Shown: positions 51,671 to 64,000, counted from the first letter of the stretch. The stretch is DNA of 64,000 nucleotides from Takakia lepidozioides (GCA_030704615.1 CM060731.1:36022001-36086000); one strand, 5' to 3'. Made by a program: numbers and translations. Notes: generated by a model from the sequence alone, not told the origin.

Positions 51671-53504
51671 GTCATTCCACATAATTCCAGTGCTTTTCCA
51701 AAAATAGATGGCTTCAAATGAGATCTCAAACTAGGCCAGAGACACATTTCACCCCGATGTTTATTTCTATGGTTGATTGGTTGGTGGTGGGCTCCTGGGA
51801 AAGTGTTTTCCTATAGAGTAGTGCAATTGAGCAATCTACTGAGTGGTGTTACAAAGAGCAGGGCAGAGTTATGAAAGCCATAGAGCGGGAGACATATAAG
51901 CCTCCCCATTCAAAATCTGATACTAGACATTAGCTACAGTAGACCATCTAACAAGAGTAACGTACTGTGATTGGATCATGTAGAAGGTGTGTACAGATAC
52001 TCCAGTATGCTGCTCTAAGAGGGCTGAGCTCTAGATATCAACATCTAGATTGCAATCAGATGCTGTGCTTTTATGATGGACCTTCATAGAGGTATTTCTC
52101 TTCATGCCCTACCACCAAAAACCCTTGCTGAAAAGAAGCACACCTTATAGATCCTTTTTTGGGTCCATACAGGCCTGCTACTGCCTTTCAAACATGCTTT
52201 TCAAAATATTCAGAGGTCTGGTTCTAGTCCCATGGTCATGACAGCACCAAAAACAGGTATAACTTAGGTAGTTTGTTCTGTTTCATCTTCCTTGTAGAAT
52301 ACATACAAGAAAATGCCAGGGTTGCACATACCTAATTACATAACAATGCATCTTTCAATCAAAAGAATTCCAGATTGAACCCTTTTTCCCATGGTGTTAG
52401 TGAGATAGTTTTGATTTGTTCTTACAGATGCCAACTGGAGGTCTTCAAGCCCCAGGCTGTAATGCCCAGGGGCTGCCAAGTAATAGCCCATTTGGAATTG
52501 GGAGTTCTATGGGGCACTCCTCAGTTGCAGCTGGAGACAATCTGCCAAGGGGGAATGTTGGTGCTTCTGGTCATCCACAACAATACCGCAAATTTGTTGA
52601 TCCTGACGGCAAGTTTTTTGAAATTCTTGAACATGTTGGAGTAGCTCAGCTTGTGTGAACTTCTAGTGCCTGTCAGCAGAGCCCTTGCACACTTGATCCA
52701 TGTAATCTGCAGCTGCTAAGTTTACTTTGCTTGCTAGCTTCTTAGCAACTGTGGTTCACATTTCACATTGTCATGTTGGTTGACTTCCATTGACAGCATG
52801 GTTTGCTTTTAAGGGACCGGAGCAGTGAGGGCGTTTTGTGCACCTCCTGCAGGTGGAGCCCGGGACTTGTGAAGCAGATCTGATGTTTTCTCCTGCAGGC
52901 AGGAGCAAAGATAGTCACAGAGTGTGAGGTCCTCTTGGTGATACCAAACGTCCAAGTTGGAGGTAAAGATGGCGATTCATGTGCTTTTCGCCATGGTTTT
53001 CCGGCAGGCCATGGGCGAAGGTGGGCGCGTGCACCTCAATGAAGTGGAGTACTTGTCAGCGGATAGTGTCATTCTCGCAGGTAAGGCATTGATGTCCACT
53101 TGACTTAAACGGCTTGAATCACCTATTTCAGTTGCGTAGACATCTCACGACCCTAACCAACAGATTATTGGAAACAAATCAGTGGTGCCCTGGTAACATG
53201 ATCATGCTACAGGCAGATTCTGTCCCTTCCCTTTCCTTGTGGGAAGTACGTCATAAGTAGAAGGAATTCATCAGGTCAATGACAGAGTGAGTTGTGTTGT
53301 TCCGAGTTGATTGCCTAGTGAGCAGCTGTCAGGCAAATTTTGAAACTTTGCGCAGATGCATATTCAAATGGCTCATCTGCGATGGTGCAGCTGATGTGCT
53401 GGGGACAACCGAGATCCTCTTGCGGTCTTGGGAAAGAGGGCTGGACCTTTGAGAGAGGCTGGGCTACGGTCTCAGCTGCAATGGCAACAACAGAGAGGCT
53501 GGGA

Positions 53505-53945
53505 TGGAATCTCCCACGGATCTCGTAGTATAGAGGGCAGTAGAAGAAGAAGTGTTCTTCAGTTTCAATTTCCTGGCTGCGGCCTATGCAAGCTGGACAT
53601 AGGCGGTCCTCCCGTTGCAGGTTTTCCCATCTGCCAGTCCCTATCCGTAGGTTGTGGGAACCCACCCTGAACCGCCCCAATGCCCTCAGGAGGGAAGGAG
53701 ATAAGGATGCTGAAAGGTAATTTGGTCTCAAGATTCTATCATCTCGGAGCACCAAGTATGTCTCTCGATAGAAGTGGAGCTTTGTCATGAGATTGGGTAG
53801 CTTCCAAGTTCTCGTGACATGTAATTCCATAAGCTTGCGGTCATGTCTGGATGTGATGTCCACCTCATCTGGATTCATTGGTAATAGGGAAGCAGTAGAG
53901 AGTCCGTTGCGTTGAAATAAACTGTCCACTCGAGCATACCAGGAG
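53505..53945 (-). mobile_element. Duplicated internal LINE fragment
   Basis: Near-identical to 54155-54612, with a few substitutions and an 18-bp deletion. Lies immediately after the LINE tail. Confidence 0.9.
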
Positions 53946-53946
53946 G

Positions 53947-56670
53947 TGAAATGAAATGAAATGAAATGGTGCTTTATAACGTCCGCGGAAAGCTCATAGA
54001 GCTTATGGGACAAAATGGAAGAAAACATGAGAGAGGAACAAATCCAGAAACCACAATTAATGTTCTAGCGATTGTCTAAGGGTGAAGGCCTCGTGCAGGT
54101 AGGCTGCCAAGCATTTTTTATCCTCATAGTGGAAGACATCAGTGAATAAACAGTGGAATCTCCCACGGATCTCGTAGTATAGAGGGCAGTAGAAGAAGAA
54201 GTGTTCTTCAGTTTCAATTTCCTTGCTGCGCCCTATGCAAGCTGGACATAGGCGGTCCTCCCGTTGCAGGTTTTCCCATCTGCCAGTCTCTATCCGTAGG
54301 TTGCGGGAACCCACCCTGAACCGCCCCAATGCCCTCAGGAGGGAAGGAGATAAGGATGCTGAAAGGTAATTTGGTCTCAAGATTCTATCATCGCGGAGCA
54401 CCAAGAATGTCTCTCGATAGAAGTGGAGCTTTGTCGTGAGATTGGGTAGCTTCCAAGTTTTCTTGACATGTAATTCCATAAGCTCTCTCCTAATGAGTCT
54501 GTTGCGGTCATGTCTGGATGTGATGTCCACCTCATCTGGATTCATTGGTAATAGGAAAGCAGTAGAAAGTCCGTTACGTTGAAATAAACTGTCCACTCGA
54601 GCATACCAGGAGTTCCTGAAACCTGCAGCTTTGAGCCTCATAGATGTTGTGAGGGCCCTTGCCACAAGCCCCTTGGGTGGAAGGGCCTGTAATCTATGGA
54701 GAAAGATTGTAAGCCGGAAGAGGGCCTCGGATGCAATGGTACACATGCGAACTCTGCCCCTAGGATCTGAGATGGAGTTGTGCTCCTGGCGCCAAGCATT
54801 GCTTGGAGAAAAGATGACTGTAATGGTTCCAAATTCTTTTCCCACCAGGAGACAGGGACGCCAGGTGCCCAGAACTCACAACCATAGATGGTAGCAGGGC
54901 TGACGGTGTCAAACAGCCACTTTTTGGTTGGGGGATGACGCAGATGTATTTGCTTGCATTTGGCCTGAAGGCGGACGGAGGCCACCTTACCTTTAGTCAA
55001 TCTGTCCAGGGCAGTGGCTGCAAAGTGAAACTTGGGGGAGTGGATAACCAGACCCAGGTACCGGTATGATTTCACAATCTCAATTTCCTGCTGGTTGAAG
55101 ATGAATCTACGATCAGCCTGGCCATTGAAGACCATGATCTTGGTCTTGCTAAGATTGAGTTGCATCCCATAGTCTCTGCAGAACTGTTCCAAAATTTTGA
55201 GATGGCGTTGCAGGAAGACCGGGGATTGTGCCAAAAGGGCAACATCATCAGCGTAGAGGAGATCTGATTGTGTTGGTCCCCCATCCAATGGTACCCCAAC
55301 CCCATGGTTTTTTGATATGTAACTCTCCAAGGCGTCAATGTAGATCCTGAACAGGGTAGGTGAAAGGGGGCAGCCCTGTTTGACTCCAATGTTGCTGTGG
55401 ACCTCGGCTGAGAATTCACCAGCGACGTTGACCATGCCAGTGACAATCTCATACATAGAAGAGATGGCACAAAGGATGTCTGGAGGGACTTCCACTCTAT
55501 GGAGCCGTTGGAAGAGAAGGTCCCGAGGAACTGAATCAAAGGCTTTGTGAAAGTCCACGAAGCAAACATAGACCATTCTTTTGTCATAGCGTGCACTTTC
55601 CACCATAACCTGAAGAGTGAAGATGTGGTCAATAGTGGATCTGTTGCGACGGAAACCAGCCTGTCCCTCAGCACGAATGCGAGAGGACTCAGCCCAATCA
55701 TCCAGTTCCATGGCCACTACTGCCCCAAACAGTTTAGCAAGTAACGAGGACACCGTGATAGTACGATAGTTGGTCGGTGCGAGCCTGTCACCGCTCTTGA
55801 AGAGTGGGTGGATGATGCTCTTTGTCCACTCTGTTGGAAAGCCCCGTTGCACTACCTCATTGAAGAGGTTAGCTATAAAAGGGGCTAAAGTAGGTGCAGC
55901 ATGCTTGATGAATTCACTCTGAAGTCCTGAAATGTCCACTGCCCTGCCATTTTGCAGCTTCTTGATTGCCTTACTGACATTGGCCGTAGTAAAGAGAGAG
56001 AAGTGAAGTGGTTTAGAGGTTACAGGAGAGGGAGTTTGGGTTGGGGAATGGTACAAAGACTGTGCATACTCATGCCAGACGTGAATGTCAGTGATTGGGG
56101 GAGGGTCTCTATGAGGTTTAAGGAGGGACCAAAAAGAACGAGGAGAAAATCTGATTTTAGCAAGGAAATAAGATTGCAACTTGATAGTGTAGGCTCTCTT
56201 TTTGGATCTAATGAGGGACTTATAGTGCTTAAGAGCAAGATTAGTGGACTCTGGAGAAGAATTTGTATCGAGTAGTAAAGATTTGATGTGACGTCGAGCA
56301 ATCTTGCATTCCTCATCATAAAATGGTGCATAACGACGAGTGGGTGAGGAGGTAGATGGAAGGGTGACGGGAAAGGATCGCAGGGCTGAGTCCCAAAGGG
56401 CTTGAGTAAGATGTGTAGCCTTGTCGTTAGGAGATGGTAGATGTAGAATGGAGGGGAGGGTTGACGCTAGGTATGTTTCATACTCGGCGTCGTGTAAGTG
56501 AGAGAAAGGGGTATTAAAGTGGATACGTGGGTGTAAGGGAAGAGAAGCAGAGGGGACCTTCACGGGGAGGGAGATGGAAGGAAATGCAAAGGAAAGGCAA
56601 GAGTGATCAGAAAGGAAGGATATACTTGCTAGACTGTCAGCTGTACAAAGAGAGGGAGAGAGAGTCAGTT
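53947..56670 (-). mobile_element. Non-LTR retrotransposon (RTEX/RTE-like LINE) with (ATTTC)n tail
   Basis: APE terminal SDH motif (56611-56603) is in frame with the RT ORF 56563-54638 (QAGFR, FVDFHKAFDSV, GVKQGCPLSP, LLYADD). One frameshift at ~54737 leads into the C-terminal domain FRVGSRNLRIETGRW...RLCPAC...ETEEHFFFYCPLY; stop at 54057. Short 3' UTR and ATTTC repeats follow. Confidence 0.9.
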
Positions 56671-57250
56671 AAGGTGCACTGATCTAGGTAGAATGTTGTT
56701 TTCCATGCAGATGCGGTTGAAGAAGCTGCTTGAACCAGTTAGCTGAGGACTTGGGATGTCGGGTCAGGTTGTGGGAGTAGTCCACATAGTATAATCCGAA
56801 CCGTTTGGAGATGCCGGATTCCCATTCAAAGTTGTCCAGCAGTGATCATGCAAAGTACCCGCGCACATCAATTCCATCCCTGCAGTACGGCACCATGAGT
56901 TTACAAAGCTTCCCTCCAAATACAATGCACTACACTTGGCGTAAATACAGACCCCAAGAACCATATTTTGGCCAACAACGTAGTTGTATTATGTACAGGT
57001 GCAGCAATGTAGCTTTCAGAGGGTTTTGGGTGGAAGATTCCCTTTGATACGTGGATCATTTTTGAGTTTGGTAGGTGATAAATGCCTGGGATTGGATGCC
57101 CTTGGTCAGTATGGAAGTCTATATCCTCAACAATTAATCTCAGTTGTGATGCAAGAGCTGGGAGTAACCTGATGCCTGCAATCAGATAGGAAAGATAGTT
57201 ATGGTAATACTGTATACGGACATTATCTTCCAGACATTCTTCCATTGACG
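56671..57250 (-). pseudogene. Possible decayed APE endonuclease region of the LINE
   Basis: Broken frames with weakly APE-like segments ([44 protein letters not shown]). Confidence 0.35.
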
Positions 57251-57989
57251 TGCTGTCATCCTGATCCACACCTGAGAGCACAGGAACTTCATGTATTATT
57301 CAAGGAGAGGCACGGAGAGGGCCAACTCACAGACAAACAGGATATAACAAATGCAATTCTTTCTCTACTCCTCCATCATAAGACTTCCGTGTGCAGTTAG
57401 GATGCCAGGCACTTAAGGTCCTCAAAGCTGTCTTTGTATCTCCTCTGCAATTCTATTGGGAGTCATTCTAGGTTCTCTGATAGGGTACCTATCTGCAGCC
57501 CTATCTCCCATGGGGGCAATTTAGGGTGGCTCCCAGAGTCTGCGGATAGAGACTGGTAGGTCGGGAAAATCTGCACTGTGAAGACCGACTATGCCCCCAA
57601 AAGGGTCGGTAAAGGGGCTACCATTCTCAGTGATTCAAGCTAGGATCAAAGGTTGAAAGCTAGTTTAGCATAGAGCAGGAATAGGGTGCCATAGTGCCTC
57701 GTCATCACATTTTGTAGACGCGTCATCTTCACCACCTGTCGTAGCCATGTCATCGTCGTCAATGTTTTTGAAACGTGCCCGGTCTGCCCGAAAATAACAG
57801 GAAAATAACTGGAGCTGTGCGCGGGGAAGGGGAGGCCTCGGCACTATGTCCCAAGCCATTTCAGGATAGTGCCGCGGGCCCGGGCTCCCGTCCTCATGCC
57901 CGGCCTGGCTTGTTCTTGGCTCCCTGCCACGTCGGCTCCTCCTCGGTCAAATCCTCCATGGGTCATGCCACAAGGTCAAGGACAATGTG

Positions 57990-58625
57990 ATGAGGGCACC
58001 TTCAGCCTGTTTTGCCCTCTCATCAGACTCGGCCCTGAGATGCATATTGAATTCTGTAAGTTAGCTCGTTGGGTGGATCTGTGGTGGTTTGGAGTGACTT
58101 TGACGAGTTACTGCCGGAACAGGCAGCATGAAAGTATCCAAAAACAGATAACAGAGATGAGGAGAAGCTTTGGAATGAACACTTCCCGACCCTAGTCAAT
58201 GGTGGGACAATGGAGACAAAAAGGTGAATGCCTGTTGCACTACAGAGAGAAGCAGATGCAATTCAGAATCGTAACTATTGTAATAAGTAGGGTTGGGGTG
58301 TTTGCTGGAAGAACTTCACGCCGTCAGTGTCAGTTGCTAGCAGCAAGTATTCATGATTTGTACACAGGCAGGGATAGCTGCGGCAGCAGCACAATTGATA
58401 GAACAAGGCACTGCTAATGAAGGCACCTTCTTCAACACACATTTCAGCCTGTTTTTCCCTGTTATCAGAGTCGTCCCTAAATTTTCATGTTGAATTCTGC
58501 AAGTTAGCTCGTTGGTGGATCTATGGTGGTTTTGGAGTGATTTTGACATGTTACTGCCAATGTGGCAACAGGGAAGTATCGAAAAACAGATAACAGAGAC
58601 GAGGAGAAGCTCTGGAATGAAGAAT
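57990..58625 (+). repeat. Diverged ~190-bp direct repeat pair
   Basis: ~57990-58180 and ~58418-58625 share TTCAGCCTGTTTT, TTGAATTCTG.AAGTTAGCTCGTTGG, AAAAACAGATAACAGAGA.GAGGAGAAGCT.TGGAATGAA. Confidence 0.85.
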
Positions 58626-60548
58626 CTTCAAGAACCTTCGGATGTGTGGTGACTGCCACATGGCCACCAAATTCATCTCAAAGATTGCTGGGCGAGCAGT
58701 GGATTCCAACCGCTTTCACCACTTTCAAGAGGGGCTTTGTTCCTGTGGGGATTACTGGTGAAACAGGCAACATTCCCAAACGATTTGCCTGAAACATGAG
58801 TGGCTCAAGGTGATATTTCTTCTAAGCAAAGATCTTAAATGGAAGAAATAATGCCTCGCCGGATGAGGAGAATCTTGTTGCTGGTTTTTCCAGACATCAA
58901 AATAAAAGGGGACAGAGGCCCTGAAAATCCAAGTTTCAACAAAAAATCATTCACTACAAGCCTTGGATGTCATTTCATTTGTAGAAAGTGAATGCTGATG
59001 TTCATGTTGGAAACTGGCGGGTCAGAAAACTACGAACGTGATGGCTATATTGAATTGTGTTACATACCCCGATGATTCCAAGAGGGAAACTATTACACAG
59101 GAGCATTACTCCAAGGTAAAGCCCCTGATATGTGTGCTGCAAGAACGCTTTGAATGGTTACACACACTTGTTTTCAAAGAGACTTTGGACCTGTATGGCA
59201 GGTTCGTTTGCCTTGCTGGGCTCCATTGTGCCACGGGATGCGGGTGTTGTAAGCAGGCTACGTCGGGCAGGGGCTATGATATTGGGCAAAGCCAATCTTA
59301 GTGAGTGGGCTAACTTCCGTTCCTTGAATGGATCAAATGGATGGAGTGCTCGTGGTGGTCAAACCAAGGTACATATTGGCAGTCTCCCCCTCGCTCCCTT
59401 TTGAGGCTGTGTTAGTGAGTGTCGCCAAATTATGAGTTATTGATAAGTCCAAACTTAATCATGCTAGGTACTTCTTTGGGAATCCTCCCCATCAGGTTTT
59501 ACGTAAGTCGCAACATAGATAACCATGATTGCAGACAATGCTTGCAATGCGACCATTTCCAGCTTTCAACTGCCAGAGGGAAAGCTTGGTGGATACCAAG
59601 TGAGGACCGTGTAGGGGCTGGGATGATGGAATGTACAAAGGAAGGAACTGAACAACTCTCTGTGATGTATGGTTGCATTGGCAGGACCCGTATGTACTTA
59701 GCGCTGATCCATGTGGATCAAGCTCGGGATCTGGAGCAGGGACAGCAGCAAATCTAGCAGCTATTGCTTTGGGGACAGAGACTGATGGCTCCATTCTCTG
59801 CCCGGCTAGCCGCAATGCAGTAGTTGGTATAAAGCCAACAGTCGGACTAACCAGCCGTGCAGGAGTGGTGCCCATTTCTCATCATCAGGACACAGTTGGG
59901 TATATGCTCAGTGACTCACCTATCAGGCTCTGCTTCTCTCTGGCGTCACGCAGAGATTGGCTTTCATGAGAAGATAGCAAGTTAAATTCTGAGCTGCTTG
60001 GAAATGGCATAATCCCATAGGATAGAAACTCTCTTGGAACCAGTCATGAGAAGTTAGTCCAAAAATGTCTGAGGGTTGGGGCATACTGCAGATTGAAGGG
60101 TTGGAGTGAAACTTACACTTGGACCATTCCATGTGCACTTTTGCTGTGTTATACCTTGAGGAGAAAAACAGCAAGAAAATGCAATTTAGTCCCCAGAGCA
60201 GAAAGCAAGCAAGCAAGAACTTCATAATGTCCACTGGAAGCTCAAAGAACCCATGGGAGGGACAGGACAAATACAGGAAGAAGATGGAGTTATTATGTCG
60301 GTTGGAGGCCCAGTGGGAGTTTGTAGAATAAACTCCCGATTTGAGCCGGTAAAGTGTTGAAAACCTGTGGGGGAAGTAACCCATGGTCTTGTGTAGGGTT
60401 GAGGGCTTATCGTCGAGGCATCATACCTGGTGAGTGAGGGGCTAGATGTCACCATGGGTTTCTTGGTGCTTTGGCAAGTCCCAGGGTTCCACATGGAGAG
60501 GCTCATAACTTTTCCTCCTGAGAAGAAAGGCAAAGGAAAAGGAAAAGG

Positions 60549-60790
60549 AGATGAAGTGGTACTTTATAACGTCTGCGGAAAGCTCAAAGAGCTTATGGGA
60601 CAAGAGAATGAAAGAAACAGGAAAGAGAGAGAGAAGAAAGTGTTCTAAATGCCAGGCAAGGCTCTTGGGTCATAAAAGAGTAACAGATAAGAATGAAATG
60701 AAATGGTACTTCATAACATCCACAGAAAGAAAGAAGCTTTCTGTTGTGTTGGAAAAAAGAACGGAGAGGAGGAGAAGAAATTTATCACGT
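60549..60790 (-). mobile_element. Two LINE 3'-UTR/tail fragments within an amidase intron
   Basis: ATGAAGTGGTACTTTATAACGTCTGCGGAAAGCTCAAAGAGCTTATGGGAC and GAATGAAATGAAATGGTACTTCATAAC match 53947-54010. Confidence 0.75.
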
Positions 60791-61231
60791 CCACAGAGGC
60801 CAAGGTGGCCCAGAGACATGTACTCATAAGACTTTGTTTCCCATAGCCTTGTGGCCATAGACCCTGCGCCAGTTTGAGCAGAACAATAGGGACCAGAAAC
60901 TACCTTTGTGAGGGGCTCACTCCGGTACTATGACTTACCCTGATACAAACAATTAGTTCGGGCTTTCCAGCTATCCTCTAGGAAGCCCTTCACACAAGCA
61001 GCAATCTGCTGTGGGTGGGCAGCCCAAAAGTTAGACACCAACAAGGCCAGGGCTTTATGCTCAGCCTCAAGATTTTGAAAGTTGGTGAACAGAGGTGTCG
61101 AGACAATGTTCTTGATGGTCCCGAAGAGGGTCACTCTCGGGCAAGAATATTCCGGATAATGTATCAGAAAATGGATATTGTCTTCAGGTTGCCCTCACAG
61201 TGGGCAATTACAAACATGAACCCAGATGGCC

Positions 61232-61258
61232 GAGAGAGAGAGAGAGAGAGAGAGAGAG
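61232..61258. repeat. (GA)n microsatellite (others at ~6640, ~7815, ~31478)
   Basis: Direct inspection. Confidence 0.9.
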
Positions 61259-64000
61259 CTTTATAACATTGGAGAGTGCTGAAAGTTCCACATGGGGCAC
61301 GCAGCCCATTGTGTCGAACAGTGGCCGATGCAGTGGTGGTGCTAGAGCAAATAGTGGGCTCCGATCATCGGGACCCTGCCACAAAGAGAGTGGCGCACCT
61401 CATTCCTCGCCAAGGATACAAACAGTTCCTGATTGCTGATGGACTTAAGGAAAAGCGCCTTGGAGTCCTCCGCAACAGTTTCTTTGATGCTCATCGGACT
61501 TTATCAGATCAGTCTGGCACAGTCGATTCCCTCATCGCAACTTTAAGGTGCACACTGCATGAATTTTTTGAGTCTCTTACACGCATGTCAATTTCTTCCT
61601 CTTTCTCTAATGCCATGTGCCAGTACATTCTAATGCCATGAATCATAGATGGCAACCATGTTACATTTAGATGCAGCAATGCTAATGCATATCCATGTGA
61701 TTTCTTGGAAATCTACTGGTATAAATGGTGTACATAGTAACATGACAGGAGTTAGAACAGAGAGATAATGAGCTTTAATTGACACAGTGGACAACATAAC
61801 CATTCCTGGCACCTCAGAAATTTTGGGGGCTGCTAGTGAGAAGGAGGTTCTCCCATTCGAGTTCAAGCAGGACCTCAATAAATACTTAGCAGGGCTTGTG
61901 AAGTCCCCAGTGCGTACACGCTAGCAGAGGTTATTGCGTTCAATAATGAGCACGCTAATGAGGTTGGTTTTTACCTTCTTGCACTCACAATCAGACAACT
62001 CTCTTGCTGTATCCCGTGGATCAAAAGGAAGGAATCAGCATCCTTTATGTTACATTGGCTCATGTAAAAAGATCCTTGGTCTCACTTGGAGCTGCATGAA
62101 TCTTTATAAGGTCTTTAGCATACTTAATCAACAGTCAACATGGCATGCATTTATCCCATCCGACAGATGCAAATACACAATATGGGAACTTAACCGGCAG
62201 GTTTAATTGCAAGCTGAAGTTAAAAAAGAGTACGAATGACTCCAGCCAGAGCTAGTATAACCACCTGGCAGGCCTACCCATCCTTCTGAGTTGTCAAGTT
62301 GGCAAGGTAATGCCCTCCCCCTGATGTGTAGGCTCTGTAGCATAACCTTTGACGTAAGCTGCAAACCACCTACATTGTGGCTCCAGTGTACCAACTAATT
62401 GTTGCTTTACACACTGCTAATTTGGTTTTCTGCACTTTGCAGGAGGAGCTCTATCTGTATGGGCAGGATATGTTTATTGCATCAGAAAATACCACCGTCT
62501 TCCACTCAAAGGTGTACCAAGAAGCTTTAGAGAGAGACCATTTCCTTACGAAGAATGGAATTGATAGCACCCTCGATGCACTTAGATTGGATGCTTTAGT
62601 CGCACCATCAGAGAGTGTGTCAACACTAGTAGCCATTGCTGGATACCCAGGCATATCAGTTCCTGCTGGCTATGATAAGGAAGGAGCTCCTTATGGAATA
62701 GGGTTTGTTGGTAGGCAGGGTTCTGAGCCTACTCTCATTGAGATCGCATATGCCTTTGAGCAAGCTACCAAAGTCCGGAAGCCTCCTCAATCTCTCAAAT
62801 AAAGGTCTACTAAGGTTACTCTGAGGTTTTCTTCTTGAACTCAAGGGCACATTTTCAACTGTATGTGTGCCGAGTCCGATGGCAAATATTTCCCTACTAT
62901 AGTCTCCTCCCCCTATGTACATCCCTTTCCACTCCAACCTAACTGAGTTCTGGGGATGGCGCTTCATGTGATACCCACCATTGCACTTGAAACACTTGTA
63001 TCCGCTCAACAGCATCACTGTCTTCCACAGAGTCAGACATGGGTTCATACCACTTCATGTCCATGCCGATGCCAATAGAGCCCCTTTGCTGTGCCTGCCT
63101 TCCACAACAAAAGCAAAAAACCGCTGATACAATCGCCTTGATACAGATGGCACAGTGACCAACTGTAGATTGTCAAGGGTAAAATTCCTTACCGTGTAAG
63201 TGACTCAGTAAAGTGCTGGAGCTCTTTTGCTCTATAGTAACACACCCTGTCATTCTTTACTGTGCATTGTACTTACTGTGATGTGCGCTTGACTACCTTT
63301 GTGCCTGTCTCCCACCCCCCACAGATGTCCACTCTTTTGCTCACAGGCTATAGTGTCCAAAGATAGATGGTCATCTAGACAGTGTCTATCAGACCCTATA
63401 TACTTTGTGGGTTAAATCAGAGGCCTGCAAAACCCTCCACAAGCACCAGGGATTATCACCTGACTTCCTCCGAAAGCCACATTGTCACAGCGCCAATTCG
63501 TGAACATGTTAAGGATGGGGAAGAAAGTTTGGGTGTGAGTTGCAACCAGTTTCTTTCAGTCCAATCGGTTCTACTGTTTATGGATGTCCACTCATCAAAA
63601 TGTTGTTCCCAAGTGTTTATGGAGAAACTGGAAGGTCTCAGAAAATCTGAGTATTCCACATGACTCCTGATTTTAGGGCTCAACTTGATGGCTCCTTTTA
63701 GCTCAAGATAGACCTACAGAGCCAGCTGACATGCTTTGCCATTAGCACTGTGGTTCATGTTGATCTAATAGGGCAGGTTTTGGAATGTAAAATTTCTGGG
63801 CTTTAACCATGTCGTTGATATCCCTGAACCAAAACTCTCTTATCTCAAGGATTTTGACACAACCCTCTTACAGCTTGGGCACAACTTCCAGTGATAGAAC
63901 GCCAATTGAATGCCCACAGGTACATTCTCCCTATCGATGGTAGTTTCAGCCACATTCTTCAGGTAACTCTTACACTTGTGCACAGCCATTTTTGGCATCC

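Larger units (their letters stand above)
59202..62802 (+). pseudogene. Amidase-signature family gene (plant At4g34880-like), probable pseudogene
   Basis: Exons 59202-59368, 59685-59899, 61305-61547, ~61763-61962, 62443-62802. Motifs: GKANLSEW, CGSSSGS, GTETDGSILCP, GIKPTVGL, GYPGISVPAGY, LIEIAYAFEQAT. Apparent 1-bp deletion at ~61770 and a 2-bp insertion at ~61917 giving TAG at 61922. No intact first exon with the catalytic Lys was found. Confidence 0.8.

Noticed and set aside
53315-54028. 237-aa minus-strand ORF as a host gene
   Set aside because: It is a chimera of LINE 3' UTR/tail, the duplicated LINE fragment and flanking DNA.
6715-62802. Biosynthetic gene cluster (carB + FatA + amidase)
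   Set aside because: These are unrelated housekeeping genes separated by TE-rich spacers, the amidase is broken, and no pathway logic is supported.
63382-64000. Gene at the window end on the minus strand
   Set aside because: Frames are interrupted by stops and no family was recognised.

Overview
Eukaryotic nuclear DNA from a land plant. GT-AG introns, plastid-type genes, a PLS-class PPR gene, a chromodomain Gypsy fragment and abundant CAGTGTT-type MITEs suggest a non-seed plant (inference). Apparently intact genes, all on +: plastid carbamoyl-phosphate synthase large subunit (carB, 6 exons), FatA-like acyl-ACP thioesterase (7 exons) and intronless RPL27A. The PLS-class PPR gene stops at the E1/E2 boundary. 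An amidase-signature gene near the end is a probable pseudogene: no catalytic-Lys exon was found and it has two frameshifts. Intergenic DNA is dense with mobile elements: a TTAA-flanked piggyBac-like non-autonomous element, nested hAT MITEs with 8-bp TSDs, a Tc1/mariner MITE, a ~240-bp-arm foldback, and a PIF/Harbinger element carrying Copia and chromo-Gypsy fragments. An RTEX-like LINE with an (ATTTC)n tail has 3' ends scattered through the window, including apparent ~19-nt micro-insertions with 26-bp duplications in a carB intron. I found no clear new multi-gene system; the most unusual signals are transposon-related. All coordinates were read by eye and no database searches were run.
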